IMG/VR virus record: IMGVR_UViG_3300020471_000006
Coordinates: 32,001-96,000 of that record
Strand: one strand, 5' to 3'
Source of the DNA: a virus
Taxonomy: Duplodnaviria; Caudoviricetes
DNA length: 64,000 nucleotides
Each line of letters begins with the position of its first letter. Position 1 is the first letter of the stretch. Below, one piece after another: positions 7,302 to 17,622 of the stretch. The notes beneath the pieces were generated by a model that was given only the letters and a program-made list of their open reading frames with translations, was not told the DNA's origin and ran no database searches. A program made the position numbers and the translations under genes.

Positions 7302-10300
7302 GTACTCTTCAACATATAGTGGTGATATGACCTCCTTTATCGGGGGTAAGATTGCTAGTGCTGCTGGTATGGCAAGAGATGAGGCAGACGCACAAGAGAA
7401 AGATAAACAAGCTGGTCTGAATGTTGCAAATAGTGGTAATTTATTCATTAAAGCATTAGGAAGTGAATTTGGTGGAGATTTATTTGCTAGGACAATAGGT
7501 GTTTTTAATCCAAAGCAATCTGCTGCACAAACTGATAGAGCTTCTAGTAAAGCAAAAAGATTTGCTGCAAATTTTCCCAGAACAGAAAAGAAGGAAGACC
7601 AAGACATAAAAAAGTCTAGTAGAGAAGTTGATCGTGCTAAGGATGAACTTTTAAGAGATGATGATCACATACCAGTAAAAGACGAAAAACTAAGGGATTA
7701 TGTCACTCGTGTCTTTGGTGTTGGTATAGATTCAAAATTAACACAAGTAGATGCTAGAGTATCTAAGGGTTTAGGTGTATTATCTGATATAAGACAATCA
7801 CATGAGACTAATATCAATCTCATGGTTGATCATAATGAGTTAATTGCAAGTAAACTTGATAAAATATTGGAATTGTATAGTGAACAATATCAATATCAGA
7901 AAGGGTTAAAAGATAAAGCAGAAGCAAGTAGGACGGAGAATGAGTTAGAAAGGAGAAAGGATTTATCGATAACTAGACGTTATGGTGCTCTTGATCCAAT
8001 GGGAGGAATGGGTGGAATGCTTTTTGGTGGGTTAACTGATAACCTTGTCAAAAGGTTAGTAAAACGTTTACTCGATAAGGCTAGAAAATCTAAACTTTTA
8101 ACTAAATCCCAAGCTAGTCTACTAGAGACAATTTTAACAAAATCATCTACTAGAGCAGCTACTGGTGCAACTGCAACTGCTGTTTTAAGAAAAGCAAGGA
8201 AAGATCTAGCATTAGAGTTTGCAACAGAACTAGCAGCAGAACGAGCTAGGACAAAGGCAATTGGTGAAAGTTTCTCAGCAGTAACTAGAAGTTCTGGAGC
8301 ACTAGACTCATTAGCATTAAAACCTAAAAAAGCAGTAAAAACTACTGCTCAAAATGCACTTAGGAAACTTAGTATAAAAGAATTAACACCGTTCCTTACG
8401 AAAGACTTTTTGGAAATGTTTCCAGGATCAACTCCATTAGATATGTTACAATCTATGGAAGGATTTTTGAAAATGGGTGGAGATTTTGGAGGTGGATCTG
8501 CTGGTGCTGATACAGTTATTAGACCTTTTAAGGAATCTGCTGTTGCAATGACTCAGAGTAGTAATCCAAAAATTGCAGATGCAGGTAGGGCTCTAATTAA
8601 TGAAATCCAACAGTTTGCTCCAGGTGCGATTTCTCTTGATGATTTAGTTATGGGTGCTGATGCTCTTAGAGTAAGTAAACCAGCTACTGAAGTATTAGGA
8701 GCTGGAACTCCTAAAATGGCGAAGGCATTATCAGGTTCTGTTGCTCAAACAGCAGGTAAGAAAATAGCAACTAAAACAGGTGCAAAAGCATTAGCAAAGA
8801 CTGGTAAGTTTGTACCTGGAGTTGGTACAATGATAGCTCTTGGAGAGGCAGGTTATAGATTGGGTGCAGGTGATACTACTGGTGCAATTTTAAGTTTATT
8901 GAGTGCTATACCTATTTTAGGATGGGGTGTTACTGCTCTTGATATTGGTAGAGATTTTGGATTCAATCCACTTGGGTTGCCACCTCCACCAGATCAAACC
9001 ATAAGTGCAGATCAGAGTAATCTTGGTGGTTATTATGAAGCTGGTACTTCTATGTTGACCGAACCAGGAGTTAAAGTACTACATGGTGATGAGAAAGTTC
9101 TTGGTGTGGATCCTGGAACTGGTATGACAACAGATCATATTCAAAATATTGGTGACAGCATAGTATCTGCTAGTGCTAAAATGGCACAGGATCTTGCTGT
9201 CAGTAGGGATGTCGCTAATTCAATTTCAAGTCTACCTTTTACTGTAAAGAGAGTAAATTATAGTAGTGGTATAAAGACTGGTCCAGTAAAATCTAGAAGT
9301 GATACACAAAGTATATTTGATGTACAAAGTGATATCAGTCAGTTTAAGAAAGAAGCTGAAACTGCTGTTGAAGATCCTAGAGAAGAGAAGGCTAATGAGG
9401 CGTTAGATCGAGAAGAAAAGCAAAATAGTCGTTGGTTCACTGACCCTAGAAGGCATCTTAATTTTGGTAATGGTGGTAATAGTTCTATATTATCAAATAG
9501 TCCTCTTTTAGCACAACAAGGAGATACAACTATACAATTTCATGGCAAACAAGGTAGAGATTTGTCTGGAGAACCAGGTGTTGATTTTAGTTATGGTGAT
9601 TATAGAAATAATTACAGTTTATTCGATGGTACAGTTATAGAAACAGGATTATTATATGGTAAAAATTATGGTAACGTAGTAGTAGTTAGAAGTACTGATC
9701 CTAGTTGCGGTAAGCAATTTGATGCTTTGTATGCACACTTCCCTGATGGTGGAATTTATGTTAAACCAGGAGATCGTGTGACAGGTGGTGCTATTCTTGG
9801 TAAGGTTGGGTTTGTGAGTGTAAGTAAGCCTGGAGTTCCAGAACTACAACCAAATAATGCTGGTAACATGTCAGGATGGCATACCAGTGTTGATTTCTTT
9901 GAACCTGATAGTGCTACACGTTATGCTAATGCAGATAAAATAATTAATTTAATTTTATCTTCTAATGGATTAAAACCTAATAATCTTCTACAAAAATTAG
10001 CAATTACACAAGTTGAGGCAATAGTTCCTAATTCAACAGATAGTATTGTTGAATATTATACTGGTGATCAGTCTCATCCAAATTGGGAACCATATTTACA
10101 TGATGGAGGAAACGAGCATGAACATTATGGATTTTCTTCTAAAGAAGAAAGGGATCGTGCAATGGCAATCCTAAGACAACATGGACTTATAGTTGATCCT
10201 GGTGGTGAACCTGGTGATCATACAGAAGGATCATTACATTATGAAGACAGAGCACTTGATGTTCAGTTTGGTCCTCATATGATAAGAGATGAACATCCAT

Positions 10301-10746
10301 GGAAATTATGGATTAAACAATTGATTGGTCAATCAGGAGATATTCAGTGGGAAGATTCTCCAGCAGGTGAAGAAGCGTTTGCTGAATATGTAAGACAAAT
10401 ATTGATTGACAATAACTTCACTGGTATAACTCAAGATGAAGTTGGTCCAGAATATTTTCAAGAACACGGTACTATTGACTCTGAGAGATTTAATGATTTA
10501 AGTGATCCTTTCTTAAATAAGAATCAAAAACTCTGGGAAATTCCTGATTATTTACATAAGAGAAATTTAGAATTACAGAATAATAGCATGCTTTTGGATG
10601 AAATGGAGACTGAAGCTGCGAATAAATTTCAAATTGTTCTGTTAAATAATACTGTAGTGAACCATAACGATACCGTTAAGAGGGAATTTCTCATTGGTCG
10701 TGGATTTAATATGGATTCGTTTAGGATGGCAAAACTAGCAGGATAA
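7294..10746 (+). CDS. Tape-measure/gp29-like protein 1 with M23-like and Hedgehog/M15-like peptidase domains
   Basis: Follows gp26/gp51; helical Ala/Gly-rich N-half; GVDF..YGNVVVV..ALYAH..VKPGDRVTGG.ILGKVG (M23 fold); SLHYEDRALD. Confidence 0.7.
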   Translation: MARYSSTYSGDMTSFIGGKIASAAGMARDEADAQEKDKQAGLNVANSGNLFIKALGSEFGGDLFARTIGVFNPKQSAAQTDRASSKAKRFAANFPRTEKKEDQDIKKSSREVDRAKDELLRDDDHIPVKDEKLRDYVTRVFGVGIDSKLTQVDARVSKGLGVLSDIRQSHETNINLMVDHNELIASKLDKILELYSEQYQYQKGLKDKAEASRTENELERRKDLSITRRYGALDPMGGMGGMLFGGLTDNLVKRLVKRLLDKARKSKLLTKSQASLLETILTKSSTRAATGATATAVLRKARKDLALEFATELAAERARTKAIGESFSAVTRSSGALDSLALKPKKAVKTTAQNALRKLSIKELTPFLTKDFLEMFPGSTPLDMLQSMEGFLKMGGDFGGGSAGADTVIRPFKESAVAMTQSSNPKIADAGRALINEIQQFAPGAISLDDLVMGADALRVSKPATEVLGAGTPKMAKALSGSVAQTAGKKIATKTGAKALAKTGKFVPGVGTMIALGEAGYRLGAGDTTGAILSLLSAIPILGWGVTALDIGRDFGFNPLGLPPPPDQTISADQSNLGGYYEAGTSMLTEPGVKVLHGDEKVLGVDPGTGMTTDHIQNIGDSIVSASAKMAQDLAVSRDVANSISSLPFTVKRVNYSSGIKTGPVKSRSDTQSIFDVQSDISQFKKEAETAVEDPREEKANEALDREEKQNSRWFTDPRRHLNFGNGGNSSILSNSPLLAQQGDTTIQFHGKQGRDLSGEPGVDFSYGDYRNNYSLFDGTVIETGLLYGKNYGNVVVVRSTDPSCGKQFDALYAHFPDGGIYVKPGDRVTGGAILGKVGFVSVSKPGVPELQPNNAGNMSGWHTSVDFFEPDSATRYANADKIINLILSSNGLKPNNLLQKLAITQVEAIVPNSTDSIVEYYTGDQSHPNWEPYLHDGGNEHEHYGFSSKEERDRAMAILRQHGLIVDPGGEPGDHTEGSLHYEDRALDVQFGPHMIRDEHPWKLWIKQLIGQSGDIQWEDSPAGEEAFAEYVRQILIDNNFTGITQDEVGPEYFQEHGTIDSERFNDLSDPFLNKNQKLWEIPDYLHKRNLELQNNSMLLDEMETEAANKFQIVLLNNTVVNHNDTVKREFLIGRGFNMDSFRMAKLAG

Positions 10747-10747
10747 T

Positions 10748-13108
10748 ATGGCGAGGTATAGTAGCACAGTTAGTGGAGATTTAACTTCATTTGTACTAGG
10801 GAATCTAATAGATGCTGCTAGTATGGGTAAGGTTGAGAAAGCTCGTGCTCTGAGAGGTGGAGAGATTTCTGGAATGAAACCAGAAGATCTGATGCTCCGT
10901 CCTGGTGAATTTACTGCTCAAGCATTGAAATATAAGATGACTCCTAGATGGGCAAGGAGTCGTAGTTTTGGTAATAGATATCCAGATTATTTTGCTAAAA
11001 ATTTAAAGGGACAGAGTACACCATTTGCTAGTCCTATAAATCCAGAACCAACATTTGCTTCCATAAAGGAAAAGATGGTAGGGAATCCATTTCCTTACAT
11101 TGCAGCTCCATACAGAGAGCATCAAGTACAACCACAGACACCATTACTATCATCTGGTACTAAGAGGTATGAAAGTACTGTTTCAGAGAAGGAGAAACCT
11201 GTAGAGGTCAAGGATGAAAAACTTGGTGTATTCTTTGCTGCTATTGCAGAATCTTTAAACAGGACAGTATCTTCTATTGGTCAGAAACAGAGTCAGATTG
11301 AAGGTGAGATCTCTAGTGCTCAACAATCCAATCTTGCTATTGCTTCTGCATTAGAATATAGTAATGATCATATAGGATCTAAGTTAGATGCTATTGCTGA
11401 ACTATTAAATCAGCAAATGCAACTTGCTAAACAACAAGTTGATCAGTCAGAAACTGATGCTTCTGTCAAAGAATTTAGAGAGGAGGATGATCTCTCTGGT
11501 ACTGAGAGGTATGTTGATGTTGGAGAAAAGACTGAACCAATCAGACGTGCTAATGAGTTAGAGAATAATCTTGATGTTGATAATGATGAAATAGAAGACT
11601 TTGAGAAGGGTGGTATAGCAAGTGGTCCTGATAGCGGATACTTAGCTAGATTACACGGTGATGAACTGATTGTTCCATTAGATAATAATTACACACAGGG
11701 TCAACCAAGTGCTGTTGATGGAAAAGTTCGTAGTGTACCACAATACGAGACAGGTACTGGTGGTTTAACTCCGAAGACTCTTCCAATACCACAAACTCCA
11801 CCAACATCATCTCCATCATTCAATTTCTTTGCAAAGAATCAGTCAGAGCATGCAGGGACACCTAATGTATTGAATCTTCCTAAGACTGACACTAACGTTG
11901 CTGGTGAAGATTTAATGAAGGCTATGAAGTTACCGTTTGAGGTTGCTTCTTTGGGTATAATGCAAGCTACTGGTAATGCTGTCAGATCAATGCCAGGATT
12001 TAGTGAAATGAAAGGAACTGTTAGTTCTGTTATCAGTCCTGTTGCTCAAGCATTTAGTATTAAAGATACCATTAGTGGTAAAGTTAATAATTTATTAGAA
12101 AGTAAGTCACAACAGACTGAACGTAGGAATACTGAGATATACAAGAGAGAACAGAGTGAGAACAGACGTGCATGGTGGGATATATTTGGACTGTTTAGAG
12201 GTGGCGGTGGTGGTGATCGTTATGGTATTGGAGGTCCAGGTCTAAGTGGTGCTTCTAATCTACAGAACTTATATCATGGAACCAGTAATGCTAGAGCAGC
12301 TAAGATATTCTCTGGTGGATTTAAACCTAGCAATGCTCTGAGTTGGGCTGGTAGAGGTAAGTCATTCCTAACACCAGATTTCTGGAATGCTGCTCAGTAT
12401 GCTAGACCTGGTGCTACTGGTTTGAATCCTTTCAGTGTTAAGGGTCTTCCTAACACTGGTTTTGGTAATATGATGGGTAATAGAGGTCAGGTATTAAATG
12501 TACTACAACCTAGAGGTGCTGGTCTTAGATTGCCTGGTTGGTTGAAGGGTTTAGGTTTATCACCAGAGGTTGCTGTTAAACCTAACCAAGCAACTAAAGG
12601 AATGAATCTAGCTCAGAGATTATTGAGTGGTAAATATCCTAATAGTCCAACTGCTAATATGGTTAGAGGAATGATGACATCACCAGCAGGAGGTAGGGGT
12701 CTTGGTATGATGAGTAAGTTGTCACCATTCCTTCAGGGTGGTATGAGACTTGGATCAAAAGCACTTGGTATTGCAAGTTTCCTTACTGATTTTATATTCC
12801 CAGATCCAACTGCTCAATATGATCAGATGCATGGTCCAAATGCATACTATAATGATCCTAGATTTACTGGTGAGAGACCAGAGTGGGCTCCTCCATTATC
12901 CAGTAACAAAGCAGATATTGTTGACTTAGGATCTAAAGAACATGCTATGAGTAAATTTGGTAAGAAAGATATTGATCCAGCAATGATTACCCTTAATAGT
13001 ATGAATAATGCCAATTATAATCAGCCAAATGAATCAATATCTCATATTGATAATATGGGTGACTCTCAGGTCGATCAATACCAATTCGTTTATTCAGCAT
13101 TTAAGTAA
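10748..13108 (+). CDS. Tape-measure/gp29-like protein 2 (paralogue) with ADP-ribosyltransferase-like domain
   Basis: N-terminus MARYSSTVSGDLTSF nearly equals MARYSSTYSGDMTSF of protein 1; LYHGTS...GFKPS...AAQYA...EVAV. Confidence 0.65.
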   Translation: MARYSSTVSGDLTSFVLGNLIDAASMGKVEKARALRGGEISGMKPEDLMLRPGEFTAQALKYKMTPRWARSRSFGNRYPDYFAKNLKGQSTPFASPINPEPTFASIKEKMVGNPFPYIAAPYREHQVQPQTPLLSSGTKRYESTVSEKEKPVEVKDEKLGVFFAAIAESLNRTVSSIGQKQSQIEGEISSAQQSNLAIASALEYSNDHIGSKLDAIAELLNQQMQLAKQQVDQSETDASVKEFREEDDLSGTERYVDVGEKTEPIRRANELENNLDVDNDEIEDFEKGGIASGPDSGYLARLHGDELIVPLDNNYTQGQPSAVDGKVRSVPQYETGTGGLTPKTLPIPQTPPTSSPSFNFFAKNQSEHAGTPNVLNLPKTDTNVAGEDLMKAMKLPFEVASLGIMQATGNAVRSMPGFSEMKGTVSSVISPVAQAFSIKDTISGKVNNLLESKSQQTERRNTEIYKREQSENRRAWWDIFGLFRGGGGGDRYGIGGPGLSGASNLQNLYHGTSNARAAKIFSGGFKPSNALSWAGRGKSFLTPDFWNAAQYARPGATGLNPFSVKGLPNTGFGNMMGNRGQVLNVLQPRGAGLRLPGWLKGLGLSPEVAVKPNQATKGMNLAQRLLSGKYPNSPTANMVRGMMTSPAGGRGLGMMSKLSPFLQGGMRLGSKALGIASFLTDFIFPDPTAQYDQMHGPNAYYNDPRFTGERPEWAPPLSSNKADIVDLGSKEHAMSKFGKKDIDPAMITLNSMNNANYNQPNESISHIDNMGDSQVDQYQFVYSAFK

Positions 13109-14538
13109 TGAAAGCAGAAGATTTTACAATAAAAACTATTGAAATTAGAAGAGTTGGTGAAGACCATGCAATAGAACCTTATGCTATCTTAACTGATGTT
13201 GTTCTTGGATTTCAATATTACGAGGATATAACTACACCATCAATATCTGCTACGTTATTCATATCTGATAAGGCAGCAAATCTCCCTGCTTCTATGCCTA
13301 TACAAGGATTTGAGTTGGTTACTATGGAACTCACTGATAGGAATGGTAAAGATCATCAGTATGAGTTTCGTGTATGGAAAGTTGGTAATAGAGTTTCTAC
13401 AGAAAAAGGTCAAGGATATATTTTAGGTTTGATAAGTACAGCAGGATTAATTAATGAGGGCGTTAAAGTAAATGCACTATTGAAAGGTACAGCAAATACA
13501 ATAGTCAAAAAAGTATTACAAGATTATCTTAATATACCTGAAGCTAAGGTTAGGAGTGATGAAGCAACTAACATAATGAAGATATTCCCTGCTGGTAAGT
13601 CTCCATTTGCGGTTATTAGAGATTTGCAAGCTAAAGCGATTTCTAAAGATTCATTTGCTGCTAGTGGTAATAGTGCTACATCATCTATAGACATTGATGC
13701 TAGTGATTCAGTTACTGCAAGTTCTGATACAGCAGAAGATACTAAACAACTTAAGGGTAGTGCTGGATATTTCTTTTGGGAAACCGTAGATGGATTTAAT
13801 TTTAAAAGTATAGATTCAATGGCATCAAAAGATCCAAAGAAATTTGGTGGTAGTGAGCCTGTTGCAACATATGAATTTGCTCCAGCAATGATAGAACAAA
13901 CAGAAGCAATGGATCCATACAAGATACAAGAAGTCACCTTTGTATCTGAATTGGATATATTGAAAAAATTAAGAGAGGGTGCATACTCTGCCGAATGTAC
14001 GTTTTTCGACATAAATACTGGTGTTCTTACGGAGTATACCTATAAATTAAGTGAAAACTGGGACAAAATGGGTCATCTAGGTACTGCAACAAAGTTACCT
14101 TGGGGTCAAGAACAATTATCCCAGTATCCAACTAGACGATTATCCTCTGTCATTAACCACGAATTGTGGCATAATGGCACTGAAATTGCGTCAAATGAGT
14201 CTGAGGCAGATAGTGATGAACCAAGTGAAGTTACCGATAACCAGAAGCAATTTCTGGTACAATCTATAGCACGTGCTGGTTCATTGTTCAACCAGCGATT
14301 GATGATTTCGATTCCAGGTAACTTAGATCTCAGAGCAGGTCAAAAGATCACAGTTATGATACCAAACCAAATACCTGAAAAGGACAGGGAAGATCAAGGG
14401 GATTTCGACCCCGAACATAGCGGTGTGTATTTGATCAAAAAACTCAATCATCAATTTGACAGAATGAAGATGAGCGTTTATACTGTATTGGAACTTATTC
14501 GTGACTGTTATGGTTACGAAGACACAGCCACTAAGTAA
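13108..14538 (+). CDS. Baseplate hub protein (gp27-like)
   Basis: FQYYEDITTPSISATLFISD, GYFFWET.DGFNFKSID, IPGNLDLRAGQ.I and SGVYLI motifs; lies between tape measure and gp5. Confidence 0.75.
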   Translation: MKAEDFTIKTIEIRRVGEDHAIEPYAILTDVVLGFQYYEDITTPSISATLFISDKAANLPASMPIQGFELVTMELTDRNGKDHQYEFRVWKVGNRVSTEKGQGYILGLISTAGLINEGVKVNALLKGTANTIVKKVLQDYLNIPEAKVRSDEATNIMKIFPAGKSPFAVIRDLQAKAISKDSFAASGNSATSSIDIDASDSVTASSDTAEDTKQLKGSAGYFFWETVDGFNFKSIDSMASKDPKKFGGSEPVATYEFAPAMIEQTEAMDPYKIQEVTFVSELDILKKLREGAYSAECTFFDINTGVLTEYTYKLSENWDKMGHLGTATKLPWGQEQLSQYPTRRLSSVINHELWHNGTEIASNESEADSDEPSEVTDNQKQFLVQSIARAGSLFNQRLMISIPGNLDLRAGQKITVMIPNQIPEKDREDQGDFDPEHSGVYLIKKLNHQFDRMKMSVYTVLELIRDCYGYEDTATK

Positions 14539-14551
14539 AAGGTAAATTCAT

Positions 14552-14779
14552 ATGAAAAGTATAGAAGACCATATTAAAAAAGATCAGGAGATCTTACAAG
14601 ATCCTCAGACAAATCCTCAAATGCGTAGGCATGTTGAAGGTGAATTGCATGATCTAGAAGATTATGTTTCTCACCATGCAGCAGAGATAGCAGCAGGAGA
14701 TCACCATGACCCTAATACCATAGAACTATGGTGTGACCAGCATCCAGACGAGCCAGAGTGCTTAATTTATGACGACTAA
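14552..14779 (+). CDS. cp12: CP12 Calvin-cycle inhibitor, cyanophage type
   Basis: MKSIEDHI start and C-terminal ELWCDQHPDEPECLIYDD (C-x8-C-xx-YDD). Confidence 0.9.
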   Translation: MKSIEDHIKKDQEILQDPQTNPQMRRHVEGELHDLEDYVSHHAAEIAAGDHHDPNTIELWCDQHPDEPECLIYDD

Positions 14780-14781
14780 AC

Positions 14782-17622
14782 ATGGAAGGACTTAATCAAT
14801 TATATCCAATTCACCAAATTGGATCCGACGGGTTCGCCTGGTGGATCGGACAGGTTGAGTCGCCTATGCATTCTCAGGACGGCGAAGAGAATAAAGATCA
14901 GAAACGTTCTGGAAGATATAAAGTCAGGATTATAGGACATCATCCTAGATCATGTAATGCAGTAAAGAGTTCGGATTTACCATGGGCAATCACTATGATG
15001 CCTGTGACTACTCCGTATTCATCTGGTGCTGTGCGTTCAGCAACGCCACAGTTGGAGCCAGGTGATTGGGTTATAGGGTTCTTTTTAGACAAAGAACAGC
15101 AGCAACCTGTTATCATGGGATCTATTGGACAGGTCGCTAATTCTGGAACACCACCAGGAGAAGATCCTAATCCTGGAGAAGGTTGTAAGAGTCTTACAAC
15201 ATTTGTTGATGAAAATAAGAGACAACTAGATCAAGAAGTAAATGAAGTTGTTGAGTTTAGTGTTACTGATGCAGGTGTACCTTTAGATGGTACTAAATCT
15301 GAGGGAATTACTGATGGTGTTAATAATCTAACCATAGCAAAGTTTGCTGATGCATCGGAATCTAATAGAGCAGGTATCAACTTTACAGTTGAAGTTGCTG
15401 ATAAGTGTCCTGAGTTGCAGGGAAAGTTTAAACGTCTCTTAAGTGAGATGCTTCGTGATACTCAACAGAGTAATGGTCAGTTAGGAACATATGTTGTTAA
15501 CCAGTGGACTGGTCAGATTACTGACTATGTTGATATTGGTAGAAAATATGTAAATAAAGCTGTACTTATTATCAAGAAATTCATTGCTAAAGTTAAGGGA
15601 TTTGTATTAGAGAAGATTAAGAGAGTAGTTGATGATATTGTTAAAGCAATTCTATCACCAAGTGAAACTGGTAATAGATTGACTCCAGTGACAAAGTGGT
15701 TCAATAATATGTTATCAGATCTTGGATGTTCTATGGCAGATCTGGGATTGCGTTTAGAGAAGTTCTTAGAGGATCTTATCTTTGGTTATTTGTTTGATAT
15801 CTACAAAGCTGCTGCATGTCAAGTAGACAAGATGGTTAGTGGTATCCTTAATAAGATTCAGTCTTTGATGGAAGATTTACTATCCAGTATTCTTGGTCCT
15901 CTACAAGCTTTACTTGGTGCTATAGCATCACCACTCAATATGATTGGTGAAGCAATCAATTATGTATTGAATCTACTTGGTATCAAGTGTACTGGACCTG
16001 ACAGCAGATGTAATAAGGTCACTTCTGTAACTACTAAGTGTGAAACAGATAAGCGAGAGAATTTCTTAGACAGATTACTAGAAAGTCTACAAGATCCGTG
16101 GGACGGTGCTGGTGAGGATTGGGCTACCTATACATGTGAAGAAGCATATGAAGGTGTTAAGTTAAAGAACACTGAGGTTACATTTGTTGGTGGTAGACAA
16201 AAGACAGATGGATTGGAAGATAGGATAACATATAATATTAGTGACATACGTGTTAAGGAAGGTGATATAGCAAAGTTTGAAGTTATTAGAACTGGCAAGA
16301 CTGATATTGCTTCTAGTGTTTTCTGGAGAACTATAGAAGGTACGGCAGAGTATGTGACTGATTTTGAAGAAGGAAGTGGGACAGTAGGATTCTCTATAGG
16401 AGAAACGAAAAAGTTTATTGAAGTGAGAACACTTTATTCTGATGAGATAGAAGGTTCGGAAGATTTCTTTGTGTCATTGAGACCAGGAACTCCTGGTGTA
16501 GTCACTAGGTCATTTATCAGTAGTCTTGCTAGATGTGTTATTAACAAATCTAATATAGGATCTAGTTCAGATCCAAATGTAGATCTAGATGACACACCAC
16601 CTACTCCATCAAGGAATGCAAATGATCCTAATAATTTTGAATTTGGAGAAGTATTTGAATCACTAGCGAATGATAATGATAGTGATACTGTAGAGTCAAC
16701 ACCAGATGGACCAACTTATGCAGTGGAACCTAATAAGAGTTCTGTTGAAGAAGGTGAGTTTGTAACATATACTATAAAAACTACCAATGTTGATAGTGGT
16801 ACTGTATTGCAGTATCAATTATTTGGAGAGGGCATCACTAATTCTGATATTGTTGGTGGTCAGTTGAAAGGTCAGTGTGTTATTGAAGATAATAAATCCT
16901 TAGTTGTGGTTGGTATTGAAGATGATGCTACTATAGAAGGTGATGAGAGACTTATATTTGCTATAAATGGTACAGATGCTAGTGCTACTGTTCTTATTCA
17001 ATCTCAGTTAACAGATTTTGGTAGAGAAGATTTATTGAAAGAGTTAGATCAGTCTGAAGATATTGATAAGACCAATGTTTATACAAAAGCTACTAAACCA
17101 ACAGCAGGAGCACCTATAACAGATCCAAGTGGAGGTATCATACAAGTTCCTATAGAGAATCCTGGTACTGCATACACAGAACCACCTGCTGTCCTTATAA
17201 CAGGTCAAGGGTATGGTGCTGTTGGAATTGCTTTACTTGATAAAAATAGTCAGGTTTCAGAGATTAGGGTGACAAATCCTGGATTTGGGTATAAACTTAA
17301 TGCACCACAGACAGAGCAGAAACGTTGTATTATTGATAGTTTTACAATGTTAACACCTGGCACAGGATATACCAGTGCTCCTAGAGTCTATATTGATGGA
17401 GACTCAGATGTAGCAGAAGCTGTAGTTGAGAGGGGTATGGTTGTTAGTGTCAGAATTAAAAATAGAGAGAAGACATTCACTGAATATCCACGAGTCCAGA
17501 TCATTGGTGGTGGTGGGTATGGTGCAAGGTGGTTACCATCATTCAATTGCTTAAGTACCGAAGCACTTGTTAAAGTTGGATCTGCTAAGATTGGTACTGG
17601 TTCCTATATTGATTGTCCGTAA
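14782..17622 (+). CDS. gp5: gp5-like baseplate hub/spike, N-terminal part (OB fold, helical region, Calx-beta-like domain); no lysozyme motif seen
   Basis: FAWWIGQVE, GRYKVRIIGHH, LPWA, WVIGFFLD..QQPVIMGSIG; YNISDIRVKEGDIAKFEV..TG..ASSV.WRT.EGTA...DF. Confidence 0.8.
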   Translation: MEGLNQLYPIHQIGSDGFAWWIGQVESPMHSQDGEENKDQKRSGRYKVRIIGHHPRSCNAVKSSDLPWAITMMPVTTPYSSGAVRSATPQLEPGDWVIGFFLDKEQQQPVIMGSIGQVANSGTPPGEDPNPGEGCKSLTTFVDENKRQLDQEVNEVVEFSVTDAGVPLDGTKSEGITDGVNNLTIAKFADASESNRAGINFTVEVADKCPELQGKFKRLLSEMLRDTQQSNGQLGTYVVNQWTGQITDYVDIGRKYVNKAVLIIKKFIAKVKGFVLEKIKRVVDDIVKAILSPSETGNRLTPVTKWFNNMLSDLGCSMADLGLRLEKFLEDLIFGYLFDIYKAAACQVDKMVSGILNKIQSLMEDLLSSILGPLQALLGAIASPLNMIGEAINYVLNLLGIKCTGPDSRCNKVTSVTTKCETDKRENFLDRLLESLQDPWDGAGEDWATYTCEEAYEGVKLKNTEVTFVGGRQKTDGLEDRITYNISDIRVKEGDIAKFEVIRTGKTDIASSVFWRTIEGTAEYVTDFEEGSGTVGFSIGETKKFIEVRTLYSDEIEGSEDFFVSLRPGTPGVVTRSFISSLARCVINKSNIGSSSDPNVDLDDTPPTPSRNANDPNNFEFGEVFESLANDNDSDTVESTPDGPTYAVEPNKSSVEEGEFVTYTIKTTNVDSGTVLQYQLFGEGITNSDIVGGQLKGQCVIEDNKSLVVVGIEDDATIEGDERLIFAINGTDASATVLIQSQLTDFGREDLLKELDQSEDIDKTNVYTKATKPTAGAPITDPSGGIIQVPIENPGTAYTEPPAVLITGQGYGAVGIALLDKNSQVSEIRVTNPGFGYKLNAPQTEQKRCIIDSFTMLTPGTGYTSAPRVYIDGDSDVAEAVVERGMVVSVRIKNREKTFTEYPRVQIIGGGGYGARWLPSFNCLSTEALVKVGSAKIGTGSYIDCP

